This document shows positions 47,805-58,598 of a stretch of 64,000 bases of DNA, in pieces. The notes beneath the pieces are model-generated. The model worked only from the letters and a program-made list of their open reading frames with translations. It did no database searches and had not been told where the DNA came from. Location of the stretch: IMG/VR virus record IMGVR_UViG_2595698524_000001, positions 159,990 through 223,989 of that record; one strand, given 5' to 3'. This DNA is from a virus (taxonomy: Duplodnaviria; Caudoviricetes). A program made the position numbers and the translations under genes. The number at the start of each line of letters is the position of its first letter. Position 1 is the first letter of the stretch.

Positions 47805-48325
47805 ATGTTCAACAATGAAACTAAGCTTACTCTGGAGCAGCGTGATTTCGTCATGCAACGTCTGGAGGCGATACTGACGCCGTTGTATACGCAGATGCGT
47901 ACTGCGATGATTGACGAGTCGTCGTTTGAAGCGCTGGCCCGTGAACCGCAGGATGCCATCTTAACCACCCCGAACGGTTACGAGCGTTTCCTGACCAACC
48001 TGCACAACAACGACCATAAAGGCGGGGTTATCATCTCGGTTATCTCCAACTTTAAATCAATTGCGGTGCTACAGTTTGGCCGTGACGTGCTGGAACAACT
48101 GGAGAAGGATTTGTTCCGCTTTGCGGTCACGGTAGAAGACCTACAGGCCCAACCGGGACTGGCAGCCTTCCCGGGTGCGACTGCTGGGAACGTAGCGCGT
48201 AACAGTTATCAACAGTTTGATGCGCTGGCAACCTACCTGTTCCTCATGTTCCTGAAGTTCTACATCTACGGTCTTCGTATCGACCCGCGGAAAGCGGCAG
48301 AAGTAGAAGACAAAGAGAAAAATAA
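47805..48325 (+). CDS. Hypothetical protein; true end probably near 48325 (ORF as sequenced runs to 48842)
   Basis: GAGG RBS; out-of-frame AAAAATAA before terminator; the extension is antisense to the tail tube gene. Confidence 0.6.
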
Positions 48326-48372
48326 AAGAAAAACCAACCGACCCCCAACGGGGTCGGAAGGCTTCTTTTTTT
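48318..48372. terminator. Bidirectional terminator
   Basis: CCGACCCC-CAAC-GGGGTCGG (48338-48357) with A- and T-rich flanks. Confidence 0.8.
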
Positions 48373-48380
48373 GTCGCAGA

Positions 48381-49259
48381 TTACATCTGATTGGACATGA
48401 AGTCGTCTGCAACGCTGCGGTAACCACCCAGAGTACCGTCGACATCCGGGTTCGGACCGCCTTCGTACTGTTGGCCTGGAGTAGCCCACATTTTGCGCGT
48501 CATTGGACGCAGGCCGTTGAGCTTCATGCGCTGCAGCTCTTGCTGAGCCGCCTGCATGACACCCCAACCGGTTTGCTGCTGACTAGTGAAGCTGATGGAC
48601 AGCTCGTTCGTCTGCGGACCGGTGTTAGGGTCACGCTCACCGATATCCGGGCCGTTAGATTCCGGAGCCATGTTGGTACACCACCAGGCGTTAACAACTT
48701 TACGTTGGTAAGCATCCGGTTCGAAGTACAACACGGTCATGGAATACATGTCCGGCAGGAAGTCGGGTACGTTAGGGTTGATGGCCGCAATACCCGGGTG
48801 ACCGGTCTGCGGGTCCATGACCCCGTAAATCAGCCATGCTGAGAACATGTTCTGGAAGACCTTGCCGTCTTTATCCACACCGTTGTGGGTGATGGAAGAC
48901 TGCGCTTCGGTAACCAGACCAGCTTCAGATTGCTGACGGTTGTTACGGCCCTGTTGGGTCTGCACGTATTCAGCGGTCAGACCTTTATCAAGACCCGTAA
49001 AGGTGGAGTGCACCTCGATGAAAGCCTTGATAGCCTGACGCCAAACCGCCGGGTTCGGCATGTAGTCGACCCAGCGCGGGTACTCCATCACTCGCGCGAT
49101 GAGGTTACGACGCAGACGGCTGGCGTTCGTTACGAACTTACCAGTCTGGTTCGCCGGGCCCTGCATGCCCGAATCGAACGGACGCACCATCTGGTAGTCG
49201 CCGCCGTCAATGTGCAGCCCGTCAGCAGGGAGAATTAAGCGTTCAGTAAGTCCAGCCAT
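48381..49259 (-). CDS. Tail tube protein (phiKZ gp30-like)
   Basis: 292 aa immediately downstream of sheath; YSMTVLYFEPD...AWWCTNMAP tube-like motif. Confidence 0.8.
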   Translation of the reverse strand: MAGLTERLILPADGLHIDGGDYQMVRPFDSGMQGPANQTGKFVTNASRLRRNLIARVMEYPRWVDYMPNPAVWRQAIKAFIEVHSTFTGLDKGLTAEYVQTQQGRNNRQQSEAGLVTEAQSSITHNGVDKDGKVFQNMFSAWLIYGVMDPQTGHPGIAAINPNVPDFLPDMYSMTVLYFEPDAYQRKVVNAWWCTNMAPESNGPDIGERDPNTGPQTNELSISFTSQQQTGWGVMQAAQQELQRMKLNGLRPMTRKMWATPGQQYEGGPNPDVDGTLGGYRSVADDFMSNQM

Positions 49260-49265
49260 ATCTCA

Positions 49266-51305
49266 TTACTCCTGACGATAAACACGGATGGTGGTGTTGA
49301 ACTGAGTCAACAGTGTGCCGCCTTCACAGCGCAGGTCAACAGTCACGGAATTACCGTTGCTGATGTCTTCGTCAGTGAAGCGCGCCGTTGGGATAACGTT
49401 GGCGTTACCATCCAGACGGTTGGCGAGGCGGGCGATGATATTGTTTTCAATATCCTTCGCTGCTTCAGCACGAGTCATCCCGCTCAGACCGGTGGTATCA
49501 GCCCATACGCGGTCCGTTACACGGTACACGTAGGTCATCAGGAAGTTGAACAGCGCGTTGTTCAGCACTGAACGTTCTTCCGGATAGATAGACTGAATCG
49601 CCGGGATGAACACGCGATAGTAGTCGTAGCTGCGGGCAGAGATAAGCGATACATCCCAGTCGGACGCATACACTTCGTTCCCTTTCCACGGCATAGACAC
49701 ATCGGTCACATCTTCGATGATAGTCTTGCTACCACGGTTGAAGCGGTATTCCGGTTTGCAGTAACCGTCTTTCGCACCCATGTACTTCGAGAAGAAGTTC
49801 GCGATTGAGTAAATCAGCGGCACCGCTTCTTTATAGGAGCTGTTACGGATTTTACCGGTTTGACCCATGATGAGACCACGTGCAGCCGGGGTACCGAACT
49901 TGTCGGATTCCGGCACAGCAGACACCATTTCCATCAGCGCAACTTTTGCGGACTCTTCAGCCTGCAGGTCATTACGCCCTTCGTTGTATACATGAGTACA
50001 CAGACCGAGGAAGGTGTTGCGGCTACGACCGATGAAGTTGCAAAGCACTTCTTTGGTTTCGAAGCTGAACCCGGAATCCCAGAAACAGCCCAGCGAATAT
50101 TTCAATTCGTTGTCGTAGCGAACTTTACCGTCTTCCGGGAACAGGGACATTTCACGACGAACGAGTTCGTCGAAGACGTCATTGTTCAGCGTACCGTCGC
50201 TACCGCCGCTCAGATAATGAACGTGCTGGGAGCTGAAAGTCGCTTTACCGGTTACGGTGCCTGGGTTAACGATCAGACCATCATATGGGTTCCCGTTGAG
50301 ATCCAGACCGTTGAAAATGTCAATCAGGTATGGGTCAGCAGGAGCATTGTCGATCAGACCGGCCACTTGCTCAAGCAGTGCTTTCAAGTTGGCATGGTAA
50401 ACGTGGAACTCTTCGAACGGGCCGTAGTCCGGCAGCGCGCCGATTTCCGGAATGGTGTTACGCCATGCCGGGGTCACGACGTTCTCAAAGTCCAGCTCGG
50501 TGGCCATCGGCTCGTAGTAAGCGTTCGGCTTGAAGCTGAAGTTCAGAGTGGACATACCCTTCAAGGTTTTCCAGATAACTGGAGACGATACGCCAGCCAG
50601 CGTTTCGAACCATTGCAGAGTATAAACACGACCACCTACCTTCTGCTGATAAGCTGCAGACAAGGCAGGTGAAGATTTCGCGGTAGGGACGGTCAGCTTG
50701 TAGCCGAAACCGTTCACATCGCTGGATGCATACGGGCCTTTGATATCCCACAGCGGGATAATCATCGACTTCTCACCGCCGGTACCGGTCAGTGTTCCCT
50801 GCATCTGCTTGCCGTTTTTGAACAGGCCGTTGGCGTCATTGATTTCCATGACGCGGAACACGATCTGCATGCCCGGGCGAGTTTCTTTCACCAGCGCCTG
50901 GCCAGTCGAATCGTACTTAATGCTGCCGTCGGTGTTACGCTCGTAAATCTCCACGTCAGTCAGTAAGACTTCCGCGGCCATACGTTGCATAGCGACTTTG
51001 GCATCATCAGGACGGACCACCTGAACCATCATTTCGTTGCCATTGGCATTGAACATGTTCAGAAACGGGGTGTTGAACGTAGCGTACTTACTACGGTAGT
51101 CGACGACATCGCGACCAATCAACGAAAGCAGGTTATCGCCCGAAAGCGGGAATGCTTCGTTATCGACACAACGTCCGCCGAACGTGAAGATCAGCGGCTT
51201 GTGAATCGGGTCGCCGATCGCTTGCCGCACAAGCTCAGGAACGGAGTTATCCTGCCATCCCTGCTTGTTATTCAGCGGCGAGCTGTTTCGTGGGATATAA
51301 GTCAT
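49266..51305 (-). CDS. Contractile tail sheath protein (phiKZ gp29-like)
   Basis: 679 aa; YLSGGSDG, WDSGF; sheath-tube pair divergent from tail/terminase operon. Confidence 0.85.
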   Translation of the reverse strand: MTYIPRNSSPLNNKQGWQDNSVPELVRQAIGDPIHKPLIFTFGGRCVDNEAFPLSGDNLLSLIGRDVVDYRSKYATFNTPFLNMFNANGNEMMVQVVRPDDAKVAMQRMAAEVLLTDVEIYERNTDGSIKYDSTGQALVKETRPGMQIVFRVMEINDANGLFKNGKQMQGTLTGTGGEKSMIIPLWDIKGPYASSDVNGFGYKLTVPTAKSSPALSAAYQQKVGGRVYTLQWFETLAGVSSPVIWKTLKGMSTLNFSFKPNAYYEPMATELDFENVVTPAWRNTIPEIGALPDYGPFEEFHVYHANLKALLEQVAGLIDNAPADPYLIDIFNGLDLNGNPYDGLIVNPGTVTGKATFSSQHVHYLSGGSDGTLNNDVFDELVRREMSLFPEDGKVRYDNELKYSLGCFWDSGFSFETKEVLCNFIGRSRNTFLGLCTHVYNEGRNDLQAEESAKVALMEMVSAVPESDKFGTPAARGLIMGQTGKIRNSSYKEAVPLIYSIANFFSKYMGAKDGYCKPEYRFNRGSKTIIEDVTDVSMPWKGNEVYASDWDVSLISARSYDYYRVFIPAIQSIYPEERSVLNNALFNFLMTYVYRVTDRVWADTTGLSGMTRAEAAKDIENNIIARLANRLDGNANVIPTARFTDEDISNGNSVTVDLRCEGGTLLTQFNTTIRVYRQE

Positions 51306-51345
51306 GGATCAGAGTCTCCATACATTGTTTTGAAAGACCAGATGG

Positions 51346-51354
51346 TCATACTAA
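51346..51354 (-). promoter_or_regulatory. Putative late promoter (TTAGTATGA)
   Basis: Same 9-mer as at 15568-15576. Confidence 0.45.
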
Positions 51355-51364
51355 GGATTTTCTC

Positions 51365-52279
51365 ATGGCACTTGAAAACGCATATAAGGGCTTTCATTTC
51401 ACCAGCTTCAATCTTGAAAAGATTAAGGCCGATCTCGATTTAGCCCGTGTTCAGAACCAAACGATCGCAATGTCGGAGCAGATACACTACGTCATTGAGA
51501 CAGCGACGGTCGCCGGATTCCCGTTACCGATTATTCACGATGGAATTGTGTACGTCGATGCACGCCCGTTCACTAAACTGGACCGTGAAGGTAAACTGCA
51601 GATTCGTGACGTGCTTGAGCACGACCTTCGTCTGGATGAAGCGCGGTGGGAGCTGGTCTGGACAAACCCGGCTGTAAACCGCCAATCGCTCATGTCGCAG
51701 TTCCCTTACTACCATGAGATTTTTAGCACGTGGGTGGCAGATGCTATCTCCCATACCTACGGACTAACCCCATATCAAAGTAGCCAGATAAAAGCACTCG
51801 CTGCTTTATTCAGTATTGGCCACTTTTATAATGGTGCGCCGGACGAGTTAACTGCCTACCGCTTGCAAGAGATGGTAGGGAAAGAGCTTTATTTACCGAT
51901 GCAAATTTTTGAGTCGGTAACCGGGCGTACTGAGTTCTTCATCCCGCGTGACGTGGAGGAGTTTGTACAGATGGTGGTTGCGGCTGACGTAACACCGCGT
52001 CTGAAAGACTTCAACGTCTCTGCGTTGTTGCAGAATCTCTCCGGTGCTTTCTTCGGCATTTCGTTTGCCAAACAGCTCACCAGTTCTGCGGTGGAATACC
52101 CACCGAGTCTGTTAGTGATTATGAAAGCATGTCTGGAAAATTCCACTTACAACCGTACCCGTCTGGGGCAGGTCGTGAAACGTTCGAAGGTTACGAAGCA
52201 GCATGACAAATTCGTGCGCTCGTACGAAATCACTTTGAACGAACACACCAAACCTCCGGTGGACTTTAAGGAGTTCTAA
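51365..52279 (+). CDS. Virion structural protein (phiKZ gp28-like position)
   Basis: AAGGA RBS before MALEN; synteny. Confidence 0.7.
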   Translation: MALENAYKGFHFTSFNLEKIKADLDLARVQNQTIAMSEQIHYVIETATVAGFPLPIIHDGIVYVDARPFTKLDREGKLQIRDVLEHDLRLDEARWELVWTNPAVNRQSLMSQFPYYHEIFSTWVADAISHTYGLTPYQSSQIKALAALFSIGHFYNGAPDELTAYRLQEMVGKELYLPMQIFESVTGRTEFFIPRDVEEFVQMVVAADVTPRLKDFNVSALLQNLSGAFFGISFAKQLTSSAVEYPPSLLVIMKACLENSTYNRTRLGQVVKRSKVTKQHDKFVRSYEITLNEHTKPPVDFKEF

Positions 52280-54789
52280 TGGATAACTGGCTTGTAGCCC
52301 ATGCGCAGCAATACGCATGGCAACGTCCGGGTGCGGATGGCACGCTGATTATCGCCCCACACAAAATCACGCAGAAGACCGGGGCTATAGGCCATGTCCG
52401 TGACGGACTCTCCGACATCCCCTTACCGGGTTCTGGTTGGTGGCATGCCTACCACCTCGGTAAACTGCACGTGCGGGAAGGTAACCTGAATATCCCTGCG
52501 GGGATTTGGTATAAAGTCTCAACCGTTATCAACGAACTCAACGCCTTTATTCTGGTGTACAATGAGAAAGGGCTGGGGATACCGACCGAAAGCATGTATT
52601 TCTATCGTGACCAGAATGGCGCGGTTCTGCTGGCAATGCCGCAGGGCGGGAAGTACAAGTGGCCGGATACCGAGACCCTGTTCATTAAGTTCTATCCGGG
52701 TTGGGCAGGTGGTGACTTAGCCGCCACTATTCCACCAACCACCACCGAATACATGACCGTGCCGAATTTGCTGGCACGTCAAGCCGTAATCGACCGTATT
52801 GCCAAACTAAAGGCGGAGCGGAAAGGTCACGTCTCGGTGTGGGTGAACGGGGAACTGCGTGATAACCTCAAAGTGGACGACCTTGTTACGTGGGACGATG
52901 TTGAACTGCGTGTTGACGGTCGTGCACGTCGTGTGGTTGATTACAACCTGGGCGATGTGAAGTCGTTTACCTCGACACTCGACAACAAACGTAAATATCT
53001 GCTGCATCTGCCGAAAGGTGATGATAAGTGGACCTTTAACGATGATGTTGAGATTCACGTGTTCTATCAGAACCGGGGACGGTACTACCACCACCATCGC
53101 AGCGAAGCGATTCGTAACCTGACATACAACGACATCAGCATCCCAACCGAACGCGTAAAAGACTTGCGCGTAACGTGGGGTCAGTTGACCAACATCGACG
53201 ACGTCATTGTGCGGGTTATCATTCGCGACGACTACATGGAGCAAAGTGCGCTCTTTAACACCGACCGGCTGTTTGATTTGTATCGCCTTAGCGACGAAGA
53301 CATTGTGGCGGCGATGGTTGGGGCGAACTCCAACGTGGTTGAGTGGCAGGCTGCCAATTTGGAACAGTCCGCCGCTAACCGACTGGCTGCAGCAAAGCCG
53401 CGTAACATTACGCGCCAGCTTTGTACTGACGCCTATGGCTATAACGCAGTCTCCTACTATGCCGCAAATACGCCGCAGAAGTTGGAGCTAAATGAACGGG
53501 GCTGGTTCTGCCGTTTACCGGATTTGTTAGCTCGCCGCTCAACCGTATACGAATATGACGCGTACGGTAAGCTGCTGGGTTCTTATCCGCATAACGACGA
53601 CGCTTACTACTACGCACGTAACCCGACCGCACGGTTGGTTGAAGCGTTAGTGAGCCGACAGAACACAGCGATGGACATCATTGACGATGCGCCGGACTTC
53701 CAAATGGAAGAGGGTCTGAACTACACGTTCTACCTTCAGAAGTTAAAGTCAGGTGCAGTAACGGGCGAATACCTGCCGGCTGAAAAGGGTGTGGACTATA
53801 CCGAAGAGGACGGTCTTGTTAAATGGACTGTAGACCGCACTCGTCGTCGACCGACAGTAATTACCGACCGCTACCATCTCTTTAGTTCGACCACCTTTAA
53901 AGTGGAAGACGGGGAGATTCGTATTGGTGTGACGTCTCGTGGCGCGGACGGCGTTGACCGTCCATTGTTCGTGCCGATGGAAACTGTCGAGGCATGGTTA
54001 AACGGTTACCCGCTGGTACACGGCGTGGACTTTACCGTTCAATGGCCGACAGTCACCGTGGTGAACAAAGTGTTCATCAATGACGGTGAAGTCAATAAGC
54101 TCGAACTACGCGCGCGGGGCGTCACTGGGACCTTGCGAGTTCCAGAACATGGCTTTGTAACAAGTGGCGTGTTGTCTAACAACGACCGCTACGATGTCCG
54201 TGAGGACAAAGTGGTTCGCATTGTTGCCGGTGGGCGGCTGATGCACCGTGACGACGTTGTCTTTCGCGAAGACAGCGCATTGGGCGTGGCGACGATTCCT
54301 GATGGGGTTCCTTACTCCATTGACGACCCGACCGTCCCGTTACGGACATTGGTAGAAGGGGACACGTACTCCTTGAGAGATAAAGCGCGAGACATGGATA
54401 ATCGTATTGAAGATTACCTGTCCACGTGGTTCCCAACTCCGCCCCCGGCTGCGATTGTGCCACTCCCTACGTGGTATCACTTGTACAGCCCTGTCCTTAA
54501 TAAGGTCATGTGGGATATCCAGATGGGTCGTTTGACTGTCGTGGAAGATGACGAAACTAACCGCATCTCTACCACGCAGTTGGACGAAATCATGGTAGCC
54601 TACGACGACCTGTTAGCGTTCGACCCCGCATTCATCGGGTTTGACCGGCGCTTCGTTCGTGTGCATCCACACCTGCAGTACAAAACTGTAGAGGTTGCCG
54701 AGTTGACGTACGCCCTACTCGACCGCATTAATGCGCGTTATCTCAATAACGCGGTAACGCTCAATCAGTATCTGAAAATTAAGGGTTGA
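52279..54789 (+). CDS. Virion structural (tail/baseplate) protein (phiKZ gp27-like position)
   Basis: 836 aa, beta-rich, GVDY/GVDF motifs; synteny. Confidence 0.7.
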   Translation: MDNWLVAHAQQYAWQRPGADGTLIIAPHKITQKTGAIGHVRDGLSDIPLPGSGWWHAYHLGKLHVREGNLNIPAGIWYKVSTVINELNAFILVYNEKGLGIPTESMYFYRDQNGAVLLAMPQGGKYKWPDTETLFIKFYPGWAGGDLAATIPPTTTEYMTVPNLLARQAVIDRIAKLKAERKGHVSVWVNGELRDNLKVDDLVTWDDVELRVDGRARRVVDYNLGDVKSFTSTLDNKRKYLLHLPKGDDKWTFNDDVEIHVFYQNRGRYYHHHRSEAIRNLTYNDISIPTERVKDLRVTWGQLTNIDDVIVRVIIRDDYMEQSALFNTDRLFDLYRLSDEDIVAAMVGANSNVVEWQAANLEQSAANRLAAAKPRNITRQLCTDAYGYNAVSYYAANTPQKLELNERGWFCRLPDLLARRSTVYEYDAYGKLLGSYPHNDDAYYYARNPTARLVEALVSRQNTAMDIIDDAPDFQMEEGLNYTFYLQKLKSGAVTGEYLPAEKGVDYTEEDGLVKWTVDRTRRRPTVITDRYHLFSSTTFKVEDGEIRIGVTSRGADGVDRPLFVPMETVEAWLNGYPLVHGVDFTVQWPTVTVVNKVFINDGEVNKLELRARGVTGTLRVPEHGFVTSGVLSNNDRYDVREDKVVRIVAGGRLMHRDDVVFREDSALGVATIPDGVPYSIDDPTVPLRTLVEGDTYSLRDKARDMDNRIEDYLSTWFPTPPPAAIVPLPTWYHLYSPVLNKVMWDIQMGRLTVVEDDETNRISTTQLDEIMVAYDDLLAFDPAFIGFDRRFVRVHPHLQYKTVEVAELTYALLDRINARYLNNAVTLNQYLKIKG

Positions 54790-54791
54790 CA

Positions 54792-56438
54792 ATGGCGACG
54801 ACTATTACAACCGGCATCGTGGATAAAGACCGCGGGTTACGACTCTGGGACCCGTCGGAGCTTTACAACAAAGAAACGGGGACAGGCTTTGTCCCCAACG
54901 GCGGTGACCTGGTCAAAAACAACACGTATCGCATGTTGTTCGAAATCTACGACGTTGATTACACCAACTTTACGTGGAAGACGAAACCGTACGGTAACGT
55001 GCAGGTGTACAACGACAGTGAACGCTTAGGCGGCCACTACCCGTTGAAATCGGATAAGTACCGCATCTACGTGGATAGCTCTAAACACCCAGCGACCATG
55101 GACTTCCATGACCATCTGACCTTTAACGGTCCAGATGTGTTGGGTGTGCGTGTATTCCGCGGTATCGATATCGATGATAATGCGGAAGTGCTGTCGGGCT
55201 TCTACAAAAACGGGAAGTTGGACGAAACGTTGCTGCCGGTACGTCCGGTGCGTAACGAAGGGGAAGACACGCAGGTTAACACGGCGCTACCGGGTTACTG
55301 TGTGGCGGAAGTCGAAGATGGGGAACTGGTGACGTTTGTGGCTTACGCCGATAACAACCGTGTCATTTTGACCGGTGTGGCGAAAATCATCAAAACGAAT
55401 CTGGTGATGGCGGCAGAAACGCCGGCCCGTACAATCGTGGATGTGAAACTCGAATCGCCGTTCATTCTGGATACGGACTCTCGAGTGCTGACCCTCCCGA
55501 TTAACCTGCCTATCGAAGACATTCCGATGAATGCCCTGATTATCTACACAGATGGTCAGAAGCGTTTACCGATTGACGGTAGCCGTGTTACGTTAAACGG
55601 TCTGCGTAATGCAGGCAGTCACGACACCTACTACATCGCGTCGAACGCAGGGCAGGAACTTCCTCTGGTGTTCAGTTACCGTATGGCGAAGGGAGAGACG
55701 TATGCGGGAGAAGGCTACATCAATGGCGCGATTGTCCGCGATTATAAAGCGGCGACGGAAGCAGTCGACGGCGGTTACTCGCTGAAGCTGTACGCTGTAC
55801 CGATGTGGTTGGATGAGAACCGCGGTTACCGTATCGCGTTCTTCCTGTACAACTTGACACGCGGACAGGTGTATGACGCCTCTGCGTTTGTTGAGTATAC
55901 GGCCAACACCGTCTTTGACCCGTTACTTTACGGGGTTAAGCAACGCCTGAATGTGCAGGTCGACGTCAGTAAGGTCAACCCGACTTACCGCGCGTTTGTC
56001 CATGCGCAGTCATTCCACATCACGCTCATTAATCCGGGCAGTGAACTCAACACGAACTTCTATCTGGAGTACGTGCAGGATGGTAACCGTTACGGCGAAG
56101 GCGTATTTGCGAAATTCAAATACTCCAACGTCTCGTACTCGGATATCGACCTGAAGTGTGGGGCGACCTCGCAGGCTGAATGGATTGCCAAGCTGTATGG
56201 GAACAGCTATCCGCTTTATGACCGCCGTACCGAAGGTGCTGCGCCTGAACCGACTCACTTCGAATTGCATGTGGGCGGTCAGGTACAGACTTACGCGGTG
56301 GGTGAATGGCTCAACAAGTTGACCGTTCCGTACAAAGTGCCTGAAGGTGGCACTGTTGTCATTCGTTGGTTGGCACGTACGCCGACTGACACCTTGCAGT
56401 TAGGTCTGTCTCCAATGCTTGCTCATTTAACAACGTAA
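54792..56438 (+). CDS. Virion structural protein (phiKZ gp26-like position)
   Basis: ~548 aa directly before terminase; synteny. Confidence 0.7.
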   Translation: MATTITTGIVDKDRGLRLWDPSELYNKETGTGFVPNGGDLVKNNTYRMLFEIYDVDYTNFTWKTKPYGNVQVYNDSERLGGHYPLKSDKYRIYVDSSKHPATMDFHDHLTFNGPDVLGVRVFRGIDIDDNAEVLSGFYKNGKLDETLLPVRPVRNEGEDTQVNTALPGYCVAEVEDGELVTFVAYADNNRVILTGVAKIIKTNLVMAAETPARTIVDVKLESPFILDTDSRVLTLPINLPIEDIPMNALIIYTDGQKRLPIDGSRVTLNGLRNAGSHDTYYIASNAGQELPLVFSYRMAKGETYAGEGYINGAIVRDYKAATEAVDGGYSLKLYAVPMWLDENRGYRIAFFLYNLTRGQVYDASAFVEYTANTVFDPLLYGVKQRLNVQVDVSKVNPTYRAFVHAQSFHITLINPGSELNTNFYLEYVQDGNRYGEGVFAKFKYSNVSYSDIDLKCGATSQAEWIAKLYGNSYPLYDRRTEGAAPEPTHFELHVGGQVQTYAVGEWLNKLTVPYKVPEGGTVVIRWLARTPTDTLQLGLSPMLAHLTT

Positions 56439-56446
56439 TCTCGCTA

Positions 56447-56472
56447 AGGTCTAGGGGGCAACCCCTAGACCT
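56447..56472 (+). other. Perfect 11-bp hairpin with GCAA loop and no U-tract, upstream of terminase
   Basis: AGGTCTAGGGG-GCAA-CCCCTAGACCT. Confidence 0.7.
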
Positions 56473-56492
56473 ATACCGGGAGGTATGGCAAC

Positions 56493-58598
56493 ATGATTCT
56501 ACGTAAAGGTGACTGGGCCCGTTACCCGGGTGCCATCATTCACAACACCACAAAGAACAAACACTTTCTCAAATTTGCAGACACCCTGAAGAAACTCGGT
56601 GTAGAACACTGGTACGTTCACCTTGCGTTGCACAACCCACTCTTACAAGACGTTGACCCCTTTGACCCGATGCTGACCGTTAAACAGCAGATTATGGTCA
56701 CCGAAGAGTGTGCAGTAAACCCATGGTATTATTTCCGCGAATGTGTACGTATCCCGGCGGATGGTTCAAACGGTGTTCCGTTCCGTATCGACCGTGGTAA
56801 CTTCGCGATGTACTGGATTTTCTTTAACAACATTGACTCCGGTGTCGAGTTCCTGCGTCAGCACGGTAAGACCATCGGTATCTGTGGGTTAGAGAGCTGG
56901 CTGATTCGTTTCTTGGAGAACTCCCGTACCATTCACGTTACCCGTGGGCCGGTACTGCGCGAGGAAACCATCGTTACACTGAAACGTATCCGCGATAACC
57001 TGCCGGCGTATCTGTGGCCGCACCATCCAGACGACCCAGATAACAAAGAAGCGTTTGCATGTCTGGCGCAGGGTAACAAACTGATTACGGCTATCGGACA
57101 GAACGATATCCCATCAGCAAACGGTGTGGGCCGTGGACTGACTGCCGGTCGTCTCATCTCGGATGAAGGCCCCTTCACCAACAACATCCACCACATTTTG
57201 CCTGCTGCATTCGGTTCAGGTACAGCGGCACGTCGCATCAACGAAGAGCACGGTGTTCCCTACGGCAACGTCATCGCAACGACGCCGGGGGACCTTGCGA
57301 CAGAAGAAGGGGTGTATATTCACAACCTGATGACATCGGGTATTGTATGGGACGAACGATACATTGATATCCCATCCAGGAAGATGTTGATTGACCTAAT
57401 CATCCGCAACGCAACGTGCGAGCAACCCCGTTTGATATTCTACGTTAAGTTGAACCATCGACAGCTGGGTACCTCGGACGCTGAACTCGCGGCAATGATA
57501 TCGAACGCCACAGGTACACGTGATCAGATTCTCCGTGACTACGGGGGTACGTGGACTACAGGCGGGCTCAACAAGCCGTACAGCGAAGAGGACGCGCGTC
57601 GTATGACGCAGTCACGGATGTCTCCACTGTTTAAGGAAATCTCTTCGTCCGGTTATGTGTTAGATTGGTTCTACAAAGAATCTGAGCATGCGTCTAAGAT
57701 GCGTACAAGGCACATCATCGGTCTCGATACATCAGAAGCAGTAGGTCGCGATGCGATTGGCTTTACGATGATCAACTCCGAGACCGCTGAAACTGCCGCG
57801 AAGCTGAACGTGAAGGAAACGAACGTCATCGGCTTTGCTAACTGGCTGGCTGGGTTTATGGAGAAGTATACCAGCACGGTGTTAATCCTTGAGCGACGGT
57901 CCACCGGGTCGTCTGTGGCAGACGCGTTATTGCTTGTGCTACAGAACAAAGTGCGCGACCTGCACCGCCGCATATTTGTGCGAGTCACCCAGGATGCTTC
58001 TCGTTACGATGACCTCTTTAATGAGTTCCGTCGTGGCCCCGGGCCAGTGCCTGAGAAGTTCTGGGACAAGTTCCGCAAATACATTGGATTCTCCACAGAC
58101 CAGGATAAACGTCGGAAGCTTTACGGTGAAGTGTTCACCATGGCTCTACGCATCTCGGCCCACCTTATCCGGTCTGGTGAACTTATTGACCAGATTCTCG
58201 GGTTGGTGGAAAGGGGTGGCCGCATCGACCACGTACGTTCGGGGCACGATGACTTGGTAATTTCTTGGCTGTTAGCGATGTGGCTTTTAATCTTCGGCAA
58301 GAATCTTGGTCATTACGAAATTTCTAACCACCGTGTGATGATACGTCATCAGAACATGGTCAGTGGGAGAAAAGAGGATGACGAAGAGAAGCAGGTGCGC
58401 GAAGAGCAAGAGCAGCGGGAGTTGATGGTTAAGATTGAAGCTCTGTCACGTGAAATTCAGGCAACACGGTGCCCAGTTAGAACGATGCAACTGCGGTCGA
58501 AACTGCAGTCGTTGGTTGGGGACCTTAACACTGACCTTCAGAATGTCGCAACGATGGAGTCTTTAAAAGAGCTCCTCGCACGGCAGAGGATGAAATAA
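56493..58598 (+). CDS. terL: Terminase large subunit
   Basis: NPWYYFRE, Walker A RQHGKT, GRG, Walker B ISDE, ATTP, nuclease IIGLDTS and HDDLV. Confidence 0.9.
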   Translation: MILRKGDWARYPGAIIHNTTKNKHFLKFADTLKKLGVEHWYVHLALHNPLLQDVDPFDPMLTVKQQIMVTEECAVNPWYYFRECVRIPADGSNGVPFRIDRGNFAMYWIFFNNIDSGVEFLRQHGKTIGICGLESWLIRFLENSRTIHVTRGPVLREETIVTLKRIRDNLPAYLWPHHPDDPDNKEAFACLAQGNKLITAIGQNDIPSANGVGRGLTAGRLISDEGPFTNNIHHILPAAFGSGTAARRINEEHGVPYGNVIATTPGDLATEEGVYIHNLMTSGIVWDERYIDIPSRKMLIDLIIRNATCEQPRLIFYVKLNHRQLGTSDAELAAMISNATGTRDQILRDYGGTWTTGGLNKPYSEEDARRMTQSRMSPLFKEISSSGYVLDWFYKESEHASKMRTRHIIGLDTSEAVGRDAIGFTMINSETAETAAKLNVKETNVIGFANWLAGFMEKYTSTVLILERRSTGSSVADALLLVLQNKVRDLHRRIFVRVTQDASRYDDLFNEFRRGPGPVPEKFWDKFRKYIGFSTDQDKRRKLYGEVFTMALRISAHLIRSGELIDQILGLVERGGRIDHVRSGHDDLVISWLLAMWLLIFGKNLGHYEISNHRVMIRHQNMVSGRKEDDEEKQVREEQEQRELMVKIEALSREIQATRCPVRTMQLRSKLQSLVGDLNTDLQNVATMESLKELLARQRMK

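Noticed and set aside
35725-58598. Introns or inteins in RNAP or terminase genes
   Set aside because: ORFs are continuous and of expected size, with no intein-terminal or homing endonuclease motifs noticed
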